From the IMG/VR virus record IMGVR_UViG_3300031418_000007: DNA of 64,000 nt. One strand, written 5' to 3'. Position 1 is the first letter of the stretch. Each line of letters begins with the position of its first letter. The notes below the pieces were generated by a model. The model did not search any database and had not been told where the DNA came from. It saw nothing but the letters and a program-made list of their open reading frames with translations. Position numbers and translations under genes: made by a program. The stretch comes from a virus (Duplodnaviria; Caudoviricetes). This document shows, piece after piece, positions 1 through 8,039 of this stretch.

Positions 1-434
1 TTGTGGGAGACATCTTCACCCTTGGTTGTGGTGCCTTTAGTCAAGACATGCGCCAGACGACCGTAACGGTAAATCAGCTCAATCGCTAACCCGTCAATCT
101 TGGTTTCGATATAGCTTTCGCGGTACAGTTTCTTAAAGAAAGCATACTGGTTAAAGTCATAGGTGCGGCGCAGGGAAATGAAGGAACGTAGGTGGGGAAC
201 TAACTTCAACGCGGTTCTCTGTTCAAACAACGCCACCGCCCTGTCTTCGCTCTGAAGGGCTTCGAGCTCTTTTACTAGGTCGGGGTTGTCTTCCAGCAGG
301 GACACCAGAGACAGCTTTAACAGGTCATATTCGCTGTCGCTGATCTCGCTTTCGTTGAGCACAAAGAACAAGTTATCGTGATAGTCGATTTGTTCTTGTA
401 ATTTCAACGCTTGTTCAATGAGTGGGGTTTCCAT
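1..434 (-). CDS. ligA: NAD-dependent DNA ligase, N-terminal part (runs off the window start)
   Basis: Not in the ORF track; translated by hand from ATG at 434: METPLIEQALKLQEQIDYHDNLFFVLNESEISDSEYDLL...ETKIDGLAIELIYRYGRLAHVLTKGTTTKGEDVSH. Contains the domain-Ia 'I-S-D-x-E-Y-D' signature, the adenylation motif KIDG and a GEDV motif. Confidence 0.88.
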   Translation of the reverse strand, partial: METPLIEQALKLQEQIDYHDNLFFVLNESEISDSEYDLLKLSLVSLLEDNPDLVKELEALQSEDRAVALFEQRTALKLVPHLRSFISLRRTYDFNQYAFFKKLYRESYIETKIDGLAIELIYRYGRLAHVLTKGTTTKGEDVSH

Positions 435-436
435 AG

Positions 437-1096
437 TTAGCCTTTGGGAAATAATAAGTCATTAATATGGTGGTCCAGTTTAATTACATCGCTGGCTTTA
501 CGCTGGTTGATGTAACGTGGAATGGTGTGCTGTTTGTCCCAAATAATCAGCCGACTGTCGGTGTCTAACGCAGTTTCACCAAAGATTGGGTTATCGTCTA
601 CCAGCACAAATGCACCGTGTTGCTTTTGCAAATATGCCACCTTGTTGGGGTGGGTTTTGCGGTCAAGCATGTAAACGTGTTTGAACTGAATGCCGCTGTA
701 GTCACGTGCTAACGCAGCCTGGGTCAATGACCCATCTTTGTCAATGCTTAGACGGTGAGTGCAAATACCCAGATCCACTTCTTTATTAACCAACAGACGG
801 AGCACGTACTGACGGAGCTCTTCATCGGGTTTGGCTTCACTGATAAAGGTAGTGCGTTTTAAGCCGTGTTCCCACACGCGCTCATCAATGATCTTTGCGG
901 TGGCGGGGTCAGTGTGCTCGAGGTCTTCACGCAACGTCAAGAAGTCTTGCTTGGGGATAAACAACTGGTTTAACATTAAGCGGTCAGCGTGATCCATCCC
1001 CTTGCTGTTACGCAAGTAGGCGGTCATATTGGTGTCGATATAGGCACCAGTCAAATAGAACACATCGTCCAGGTCAAAAAAGATAATTGGTTTCAT
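437..1096 (-). CDS. HAD-superfamily phosphatase (nucleotidase / polynucleotide 3'-phosphatase-like)
   Basis: Motif I IIFFDLDDV, motif II CTHR, motif III Lys (NKV), motif IV LVDDNP. Likely start MKPII at 1096; the ORF-track start at 1120 overlaps the hairpin region. Confidence 0.7.
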   Translation of the reverse strand: MKPIIFFDLDDVFYLTGAYIDTNMTAYLRNSKGMDHADRLMLNQLFIPKQDFLTLREDLEHTDPATAKIIDERVWEHGLKRTTFISEAKPDEELRQYVLRLLVNKEVDLGICTHRLSIDKDGSLTQAALARDYSGIQFKHVYMLDRKTHPNKVAYLQKQHGAFVLVDDNPIFGETALDTDSRLIIWDKQHTIPRYINQRKASDVIKLDHHINDLLFPKG

Positions 1097-1122
1097 TATT
1101 ACGAATCTCGCAAATGGCAAAC

Positions 1123-1152
1123 ATAAAGGAGAGGTGTTACCCTCTCCTTTAT
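1123..1152 (-). terminator. Hairpin terminator
   Basis: 12-bp stem ATAAAGGAGAGG / CCTCTCCTTTAT, loop TGTTAC; followed by TTTATGTTT on the minus strand. Confidence 0.7.
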
Positions 1153-1162
1153 AGGTTGGTTT

Positions 1163-1405
1163 TTATGGTTTGATTGTAGAGGCGACGAACTGTAATGAGG
1201 CGTCGACATCGAACTGATCGGTGAAGCCGGTAGAGAGACATTCCGGTTTACCACTGTTAAAATTGATATAACCCAAGATTAAAGACCCAACCATAACACA
1301 GTAGTTGGCATTATTGTTTTCAATAATAGTGACGTTACACGGCATGCCTTGAGAAGCATTTATTACGCCGTTATTAATGTAACATTGCAGTGGAGACTTC
1401 TTCAT
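1163..1405 (-). CDS. Hypothetical protein (80 aa)
   Basis: Fills the gap between endolysin and terminator on the same strand; no recognisable motif. Confidence 0.55.
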   Translation of the reverse strand: MKKSPLQCYINNGVINASQGMPCNVTIIENNNANYCVMVGSLILGYINFNSGKPECLSTGFTDQFDVDASLQFVASTIKP

Positions 1406-2093
1406 AGTTCCCGCTCTGTATTGTATTAATCAGTTGTTCATACTTGGTGTTGTTAACCAGTTGCGAACACTGTTGTTTGTTATGACGAATTTTGGCATTC
1501 ATTTTCTCACGGAACTGGGCGACTGTTGCCACCTTACCGTTCACCGTGAACATGCTTCCGTTACCCCGTGAAATACGAACATACTTAGACACCTTGGCAT
1601 TGGGATTGCCTTTTAATATCTTCTCTGCTCCATATAAACCCACGAACCAACTCATATAGACATCGCCGTCACTCACCGGTCGATGTACCTTGCTTTCAAG
1701 GTATTTACGGTTCTCTGCTAAACCTGCTGCACCCACAAGGATATTTGCTCGCTTATTGTGGACAGAACTTTTAGCAGAAACGCCCATCTTTCTGGCATGT
1801 TTCTGAAGATCATTGCGCCATTGTCGATCGCTGTACTGCATTGCTCCTTTTACACTGGAATACTTGTTATGGACGTTGTTACCGAAATTACTTTCGATGT
1901 AGAGCACGGCAGCTAACAAGTCCGCATTGGTCCCGGATTTCTTTTCTGCTTCTACGATGTATTGATCGATTTTTGCATAAGCCTTTGCATCGGCTTTGGA
2001 TATGCCTGTTCCGCTGTAGCTCGCATGAGCGGCGGTTAACGAGGATAGAGCCAGTAACGCACCTAAGATAAAAGATTTAACGATGGACTTCAT
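1374..2093 (-). CDS. Lytic transglycosylase (GH23/SLT, phiKZ gp144-like catalytic domain) with N-terminal signal peptide; endolysin candidate
   Basis: LLAAVLYIESNFG (catalytic Glu), SSVKGAMQY, 'RPVSDGDVYMSWFVGLYGA' and 'NGSMFTVNGKVATVAQF' segments. N-terminus MKSIVK + hydrophobic stretch + AHA cleavage site. SD GGAG upstream. Confidence 0.8.
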   Translation of the reverse strand: MKSIVKSFILGALLALSSLTAAHASYSGTGISKADAKAYAKIDQYIVEAEKKSGTNADLLAAVLYIESNFGNNVHNKYSSVKGAMQYSDRQWRNDLQKHARKMGVSAKSSVHNKRANILVGAAGLAENRKYLESKVHRPVSDGDVYMSWFVGLYGAEKILKGNPNAKVSKYVRISRGNGSMFTVNGKVATVAQFREKMNAKIRHNKQQCSQLVNNTKYEQLINTIQSGNYEEVSTAMLH

Positions 2094-2150
2094 TTTTTAT
2101 TCTCCGACATTTACACAAGGTAGAGCAAGCTTTTACACTTGCATCTACCC

Positions 2151-2170
2151 TAATAATGTAGGCCTAAAAT
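2151..2170 (-). promoter_or_regulatory. Putative phage RNAP (early/middle-type) promoter, motif TTYAGRCCTACATTAT on the minus strand
   Basis: TAATAATGTAGGCCTAAAAT; near-identical copies at 3245-3264 and 34542-34562, each just upstream of a minus-strand gene. Confidence 0.6.
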
Positions 2171-2173
2171 TAA

Positions 2174-3217
2174 TTAGCCTTTTTGGATGACAGTTACGCG
2201 TTTAAATACGTAACCTTTGTGAGTTCTCAACTTACCGTTAACCACGGAATAAACATTGCTGGCGTGGAAACCTTGCTCCACCATATCTCTCCGACCAGTG
2301 AATAACACTTTATGACCGGTAACTGTGTGGGTACCTTCGATAGCACCTTTTAAACGCAAAGCGCGTGTTTTCAATGCCTCGATAAAACCTAAATCATACT
2401 TAGCATTATTGTGGTTGATGATGTCCTGGTTAGTAGCTCGGCGCCAAGTGCAACCATAAGTAATGCTTTTACCCGACTTAACGGCGTACGACAGAGCATT
2501 GGGTTTAAAACCTAAAGCCCTCATGCCGCTCGAGCCAGCTAATAACACTTCCTTTCCCTCATAACCTTCCAAGACACATGTGCCAATGACGGGTTTGGTT
2601 AACGGACTATCCATGCCTGTTGGATGCAAACCGGTATTCACCGCATGCTCGACATTTTCTTTCCGCGTACACCATTCGAGATTAGTGAAGTCGTTATTGT
2701 TCTTGATCCCTACGATGTGGTTAACTTCAAGCTCGTGGTAAGGCCTGTCCTTTAAGTGGTCTGGGCGTGGGATGAACACAGCCGCAACTAAACGGTGTAT
2801 GCGCGTTCCGGTATGCGGTTTGTTGAACCCTTCCAGCTTTAAATGCACTGAACGGTAACCATCTGAATTACCCCCAGTATTTCCACTCTTGCTCTTGTAC
2901 CCACGTAGATTGATGAATCTCCCTTTATTGCTGACGAACTGATACTGAGTGGCGTAATGGCTGCATTCATTATCTAAATAAAGCCCCCACGTCAGATACA
3001 CGGCGGGTACCCAGACTTCGTAGTCGGGATCTTCCTCGATACGTTTCTTCAGCGCATCATGAAGAATGGGGACGTTGTCAGGATAGTCGCTGGCGTGATA
3101 CACCTCCAGTTCCTCTGCCGTTAACAAGTCCTCTGCACCGTTGTGTTCTTTCAAAAAAGCTTCCAATGCGAGCTGATACTTCACTTCATCTTTCTTCATA
3201 TTCAAAATCCTACCCAA
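2174..3217 (-). mobile_element. Free-standing HNH homing endonuclease (NUMOD4-HNH with two I-HmuI-like C-terminal DNA-binding repeats)
   Basis: EVW..., FVSNKGRF, DGYRSVHL, IHRLVAAVFIP, EVNHIVGIKNNNDFTNLEWCTRKENVEHA, plus two helix-turn-helix-type repeats ending YGCTWR and HKGYVFKR. Start may be 3199 (better SD). Confidence 0.9.
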
Positions 3218-3244
3218 GGCAATAAACGGGATTGTTTATTACCT

Positions 3245-3264
3245 GGATAATGTAGGCCTGAATT
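3245..3264 (-). promoter_or_regulatory. Putative phage RNAP promoter (copy 2)
   Basis: GGATAATGTAGGCCTGAATT, upstream of the HNH gene. Confidence 0.6.
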
Positions 3265-5743
3265 AATTTGCGCGGGAGATTACCGTGTGTGCATTGACTT
3301 TCCCCTGAATGGTTAACCCGTCACTGTTAATGGCAATGATGTTTGGGTTATTGAACATCCCATGCTGCGCCGCATAGTGCGACACCATAAAGAGTTGTTC
3401 GTGCTCTTTATCAGCAAAGATGCTTTGAATGTAGGCAAAGAAACGCGTCCGGTTAACTTCATCCAGAAACGCACCTACCTCATCCATAAACATCGGGAAC
3501 CAACTTGGCTTGTAACGCATACCGACTTTGCGAATAGCCCAGTTAAGGATTTCGCTTTCACCTGCTGAACAATCAGAGATGTCAGAGGCTTCGGTATTTT
3601 GTCCATTCACCACGGGGAAGCGATACGTGAGATCGCCATTATCTTTGTTACACGGTTTCAGCATCAAGGTTATTGCACTGAACTCTTTGATAATCGCATT
3701 GGTGTTACCGCAGAACGTTTTGATAAAGTCAAGCATGAGCTTACCAATGAACCCTTTGTTTGGACACAGTCCATCCATCAGGGCTTTTACGATCTTGGTG
3801 CGGCGTTTAAGACGCTGAATATCCTGGTCAATGGAATCCACAACAGAGTGCAAGCTCTTGCTACGGATGATCTCAGACATGCAGTGGTTCTTCTCTGCAC
3901 TGCGCCCGGCAATACCAAAATCCACCTCTTTCTTGAGTTGGTGTTGGAACTCGCCGACCAGAGCACTGTGAAAAGAACGCAGTTGAGTTTTAAACAACTC
4001 ACGGCGCGTATCGAACTTTTCCATCTGTTCCAATAAATAACGGTCGTTCCGCAAATGAGTGTTCACTCGACGAATCGCGACGTTATGATAGTGGATACTT
4101 TCCTCAGAAGTTTTGATCTGTTTGATCAGCCCTCCTATATAATTTTGCTTAAGGAGATTAATCTGCGAGTTATTCACTTGCTGCTCTTTCTCCAACGGCT
4201 TGATATTCTCCACTGTGTCATCGTAATCTGCCAGACGATCAATGGCGTTCACCAGGTTTACCCCGTTGACTTTACCAATGTCGTACTCACGAATCACCAT
4301 GGCTAAATCGGCTTCGGTGTATCGTTGACCGCGCAGGAAATTATACAACGCTTGCATGCTGAGGAACCAGTCACTGTCGTTTTCAATCAGCAGGTCTACT
4401 TTGGCAATCTCAATGTCGTACCGCTCGACTTGTTTGGTCAAGCCCGCTATTGCCGATTCCAATTGGCGCATGTCCTGTTCCGTGACACCCACTTTAAAGG
4501 TGTGCGTACACTTGGGACAATCCACTGTTTCCATGCCACGATAGTGAGCCAGGCGATGTTGCTTTTCGTTAAGGATATGTTTGGTTTTAGTCCGTTCATT
4601 TCCCATTTCGTCGCGCTTGGTTACCCACTCCTGATATTGCTGACGAGTCAGCGCAGGCAGAGAGGCAGGTGTTACGTTGATGAGGTACTGCTTCATCTCA
4701 CTCATCGCCACCACGAAGCGACTACCGAAATTCGCGTAAGCTTCCATCAATATAGGATGGTCTTGCAGATAATTTTTAAGATTCGTCCGCTTTTCATTCC
4801 AATGTTTCAGGTCACTTTCAATCGCCTTTGCACGCTGCTCCAACACCTTGGGATCTTGTTGGATATCCTTTAAGCTCACCTGTTCGTTAAGCTCGGCTAA
4901 CTTCTTGGAGTGGTGTTCGTGTTTGTTCTGATGATGCCGCAAGAAGCTTTCGTGGTGCTGAACCCGTTCCTGTGCACCAGCTCGACTCATGCCTTCTTTG
5001 TTTGCCACCGTGAACTTCAACAGAAACGCGGCTGTTTCCATTAACGAATCGTGCATCCGCTGCAAGTGTGGGTGTTCTTTGGCCAGTGATAAACGCCCCA
5101 CCATTAACAAGCCTTCACGAATTTCTTCGTCCAGCACAGCAACACGCCCCAGCAGTTCATCTTCCGATAACTTGTTCAGAGTTTCCAGCGTTTGTTTCTC
5201 CACAGCATACCGAGATATCTGATTACGCAAAGCGCCACGTAATGAGTTCCACTCTTCTTTTAACTTGCTGTAGACGCCCATGGCATAGGTGGTGTCATTG
5301 GGGTAAAGGTCCATCAGGAAGTCTTTACGTTTCGCCGGAGACATGCCGTTGAACAGATCAGTGATGTGCAAACCACTTAAGATCCTTGCCGTGCTCTGGC
5401 TAATACCAAAATGACTTTCTGCCAACATGCGCTGTGCAGTCGCGGTGTTGCCGGTGTTAAGGTTCTCACCATCCACTTCAAAACGGTGGTAGCCTTCTTT
5501 ACCAATCACTGACGTCATTTTATAGATTTTACCATCGAGTAGAATGGAGATAATCTTTGTGCCGCCGTCTTCGAATTTAGAACCATCAGGTGGGAAAGGA
5601 TGCAGTTCGCGCATGATGCTGCTTTTGCCTGCACCGTTGGTACTGATAAAGATATTGATTTGATCCTTCGTTATCATCTTTATCTCTTTGACGTTGCTGG
5701 TCGCCAAAGGAATGAAACCTTTTAAATAGAAATCTAAGATCAT
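3263..5743 (-). CDS. sbcC: SbcC/Rad50-like SMC-family ATPase (phiKZ gp165-like)
   Basis: Walker A STNGAGKS, long coiled coil, zinc hook CPKC, signature CSAGE, Walker B/D-loop MFMDEVGAFLD, H-loop VSH. Confidence 0.92.
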   Translation of the reverse strand: MILDFYLKGFIPLATSNVKEIKMITKDQINIFISTNGAGKSSIMRELHPFPPDGSKFEDGGTKIISILLDGKIYKMTSVIGKEGYHRFEVDGENLNTGNTATAQRMLAESHFGISQSTARILSGLHITDLFNGMSPAKRKDFLMDLYPNDTTYAMGVYSKLKEEWNSLRGALRNQISRYAVEKQTLETLNKLSEDELLGRVAVLDEEIREGLLMVGRLSLAKEHPHLQRMHDSLMETAAFLLKFTVANKEGMSRAGAQERVQHHESFLRHHQNKHEHHSKKLAELNEQVSLKDIQQDPKVLEQRAKAIESDLKHWNEKRTNLKNYLQDHPILMEAYANFGSRFVVAMSEMKQYLINVTPASLPALTRQQYQEWVTKRDEMGNERTKTKHILNEKQHRLAHYRGMETVDCPKCTHTFKVGVTEQDMRQLESAIAGLTKQVERYDIEIAKVDLLIENDSDWFLSMQALYNFLRGQRYTEADLAMVIREYDIGKVNGVNLVNAIDRLADYDDTVENIKPLEKEQQVNNSQINLLKQNYIGGLIKQIKTSEESIHYHNVAIRRVNTHLRNDRYLLEQMEKFDTRRELFKTQLRSFHSALVGEFQHQLKKEVDFGIAGRSAEKNHCMSEIIRSKSLHSVVDSIDQDIQRLKRRTKIVKALMDGLCPNKGFIGKLMLDFIKTFCGNTNAIIKEFSAITLMLKPCNKDNGDLTYRFPVVNGQNTEASDISDCSAGESEILNWAIRKVGMRYKPSWFPMFMDEVGAFLDEVNRTRFFAYIQSIFADKEHEQLFMVSHYAAQHGMFNNPNIIAINSDGLTIQGKVNAHTVISRAN

Positions 5744-5764
5744 ATTGTTTCTCTTTTCTATCGT

Positions 5765-6754
5765 ATGTTCAATAAACTTACACTAATATATAGGTTGGCC
5801 AGTATGAATGTAATACAGTGGGTCGGGCAGTCAACCGTGGCTTCCACCAAAGAAACCAACTCCCATGAGATCATGGTTTATCCACCTTTGCTGTTCCCTA
5901 CCGCTGACGGTGGTGTCACTGCCGATGTAGCACGCGTTAAGAAAGACGCCGTGGACTCCATGGGTAAGAAAGTCAACACTGACATGCTCAAAAGCAACAA
6001 AACCGTACCGGCTACCTGGAAACCCATTGGTGAACCCAACCGACTAACACCCCCTGATGTGCGTGAGGGGACACCTGTGAGTCTCTACCAGTTCGCAGGC
6101 AGTTCAGACTACTACTGGACTACCTTTGGCTTTGCGGCTGAGACAATGCGTTGTGAAACGATTGTGTACGGTTGGAACGCCATGCCGGACGACAACGAAG
6201 ATTCCAAGTACGATCTGTCCAAGTATTACACCGTGACGATCGATACGCGGGGCGGTTCAATGTCGGTGCGTAACAGTAATGCCAACGGCGAGAAGAGTTT
6301 GATTGAAGCCAAGCTCAACTTCATGGAAGGCAATATCATGTTATCGGGCGCGCAGGGCTCTCTGTTTGTGTGGGACGATGTTAATCACTCTATGACATAC
6401 CATAATGCTGAAGAGTCAGTGTTCACGGTTGACAAGGATCAGCTCTTTGCCTTTACCAAAGGTGGGATGATGTTCCAGACTGACGAAACCATCCACATGC
6501 AATGCGAACAATTGTTGGTGGGTGCAAATACCGTCATCATGGAAGTGGCCGAGAGCACCACGATCACGTCACCAGAAACACTACACACAGGCAATGTCAA
6601 AATCGACGGTACACTGGACACCACAGGCAATGTCACGTCTGAAGCCACCATAACTGGTAAGAGTGGGGTTAAGACTGGTGCAGGTATCGATGTCGATGGT
6701 CACCACCACCCCAATGGTAACGACGGCAAGGATACCGGCAAGGCTGCAATGTAA
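5765..6754 (+). CDS. Baseplate central spike / tail tip (gpV/gp5-like; phiKZ gp164-like)
   Basis: OB-fold-type N-terminus (LTPPDVREGTPVSLYQ), beta-strand-rich C-terminus (TGNVKIDGTLDTTGNVT) ending in the metal-binding apex motif GHHHP. True start may be 5804. Confidence 0.75.
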   Translation: MFNKLTLIYRLASMNVIQWVGQSTVASTKETNSHEIMVYPPLLFPTADGGVTADVARVKKDAVDSMGKKVNTDMLKSNKTVPATWKPIGEPNRLTPPDVREGTPVSLYQFAGSSDYYWTTFGFAAETMRCETIVYGWNAMPDDNEDSKYDLSKYYTVTIDTRGGSMSVRNSNANGEKSLIEAKLNFMEGNIMLSGAQGSLFVWDDVNHSMTYHNAEESVFTVDKDQLFAFTKGGMMFQTDETIHMQCEQLLVGANTVIMEVAESTTITSPETLHTGNVKIDGTLDTTGNVTSEATITGKSGVKTGAGIDVDGHHHPNGNDGKDTGKAAM

Positions 6755-6761
6755 ACATAAA

Positions 6762-6795
6762 TATAACTACTGCTCCTTGCGGAGCAGTAGTTATA
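6762..6795. terminator. Bidirectional hairpin terminator
   Basis: 15-bp stem TATAACTACTGCTCC / GGAGCAGTAGTTATA, loop TTGC (GCAA on the minus strand), between convergent genes. Confidence 0.85.
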
Positions 6796-6798
6796 GTG

Positions 6799-8031
6799 TT
6801 ATTGGTTAACTTGTGTATTAAGCTTCATGGTGTAAGTGCCGGCTCCACCTGATGGATCATCAATAAAGATCACCACAGTGAAATCGTTTGCAGCAGAAGG
6901 TGCCTGTGTAATTTTCACACTGCCTCGCCCTACCACATCACTCAGCCAAGCAGAAACTCCACTGGAACGACCGATGTTTACGTTCGCTGCTCCATTGAAA
7001 GTATGACTGGCTTCCATGAATTCTTTCGTGCTTCCTCCGCCCCCATCCCAGATCAGTCCGCTATCCCAATATTCGCCGCTTCCTGTTACATGACCACCGC
7101 CTGAACCACGCCCTGTGTTCACGCGTACGTTGTAATATCCCGTCCGCATGTTAAAGGTGATGTATCCGGTGTCATCTGGTGTAACAAAGATATCCAGCAT
7201 TGGTGTTGCAGTACGTGCCCACGGAATAGGGCTGCCAAAGAAGCTGTACGAACCTGACACTGCATTCCGGGCTTGTCCACCTATGGATCCGTTTACCGTG
7301 AGCTGGGTCCAAATACGTCGTTCACCATCGCTGGGATCGTAATACTGAACATAGACACGGGTCGCTGAACCGTTGGAGACGTTCCCTGGATTCCAATTCA
7401 GTGAACTCGCCCACGGACCGTTTGGATAGAGACTGTAAGAGAACCGATTCGCCTCTCCATTAGCACCCCCAATAACAAAGTTGGCGCCCGGAAAGGTGTC
7501 ATCTAAATTCAGCGTAACAATCAGTGATCCAATGTTGGCGTTGTTGATGTCGGCTTGTGTTCGCTCGTTTCCCGCATTATCAAAATACCGGAAGCTGATG
7601 GCATCAGCACGCACCCCCACCAGATCGTAACCAAACACTGGTGTCAACCACGTAGGTGGCTGCCAATCACCGCCCGGCGTAAGACGCAAGCGAGCAGCAG
7701 CGTGTTCAGAACGATCGTAGTTGTTTTGTGTTCGCACAAAGACCCGCAGAGAACTGCCCCGCGGGATAATACTTTTCTCAACCTCCAGGGTTTTGTACCA
7801 CGGACCGTTAGCAGATAGCCCATAGGTAAATGGGCTAGTTGAACCCGCAACATCGATATTGGACAGAAAGAACCATGGCCAAATCAAATCGCGACTGCTG
7901 TTAAACGTGATATCAATAAAGCTGATACGTCCGCCAGAACTGGTGTCCTGGACCTGGTTATTCACGTTGTACTGTGTGTAACCAAGTGATCCCTCGAGCA
8001 TGGCTTTTACCCAGTCGTAATCAACTAACAT
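6799..8031 (-). CDS. Putative fibre-associated / receptor-binding virion protein
   Basis: Last gene of the fibre operon. Beta-rich (G/N/S/T/W); internal duplication (PFTYGLSANGPWYKTL / RFSYSLYPNGPWASSL). Confidence 0.55.
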   Translation of the reverse strand: MLVDYDWVKAMLEGSLGYTQYNVNNQVQDTSSGGRISFIDITFNSSRDLIWPWFFLSNIDVAGSTSPFTYGLSANGPWYKTLEVEKSIIPRGSSLRVFVRTQNNYDRSEHAAARLRLTPGGDWQPPTWLTPVFGYDLVGVRADAISFRYFDNAGNERTQADINNANIGSLIVTLNLDDTFPGANFVIGGANGEANRFSYSLYPNGPWASSLNWNPGNVSNGSATRVYVQYYDPSDGERRIWTQLTVNGSIGGQARNAVSGSYSFFGSPIPWARTATPMLDIFVTPDDTGYITFNMRTGYYNVRVNTGRGSGGGHVTGSGEYWDSGLIWDGGGGSTKEFMEASHTFNGAANVNIGRSSGVSAWLSDVVGRGSVKITQAPSAANDFTVVIFIDDPSGGAGTYTMKLNTQVNQ

Positions 8032-8039
8032 AGCAGCCC

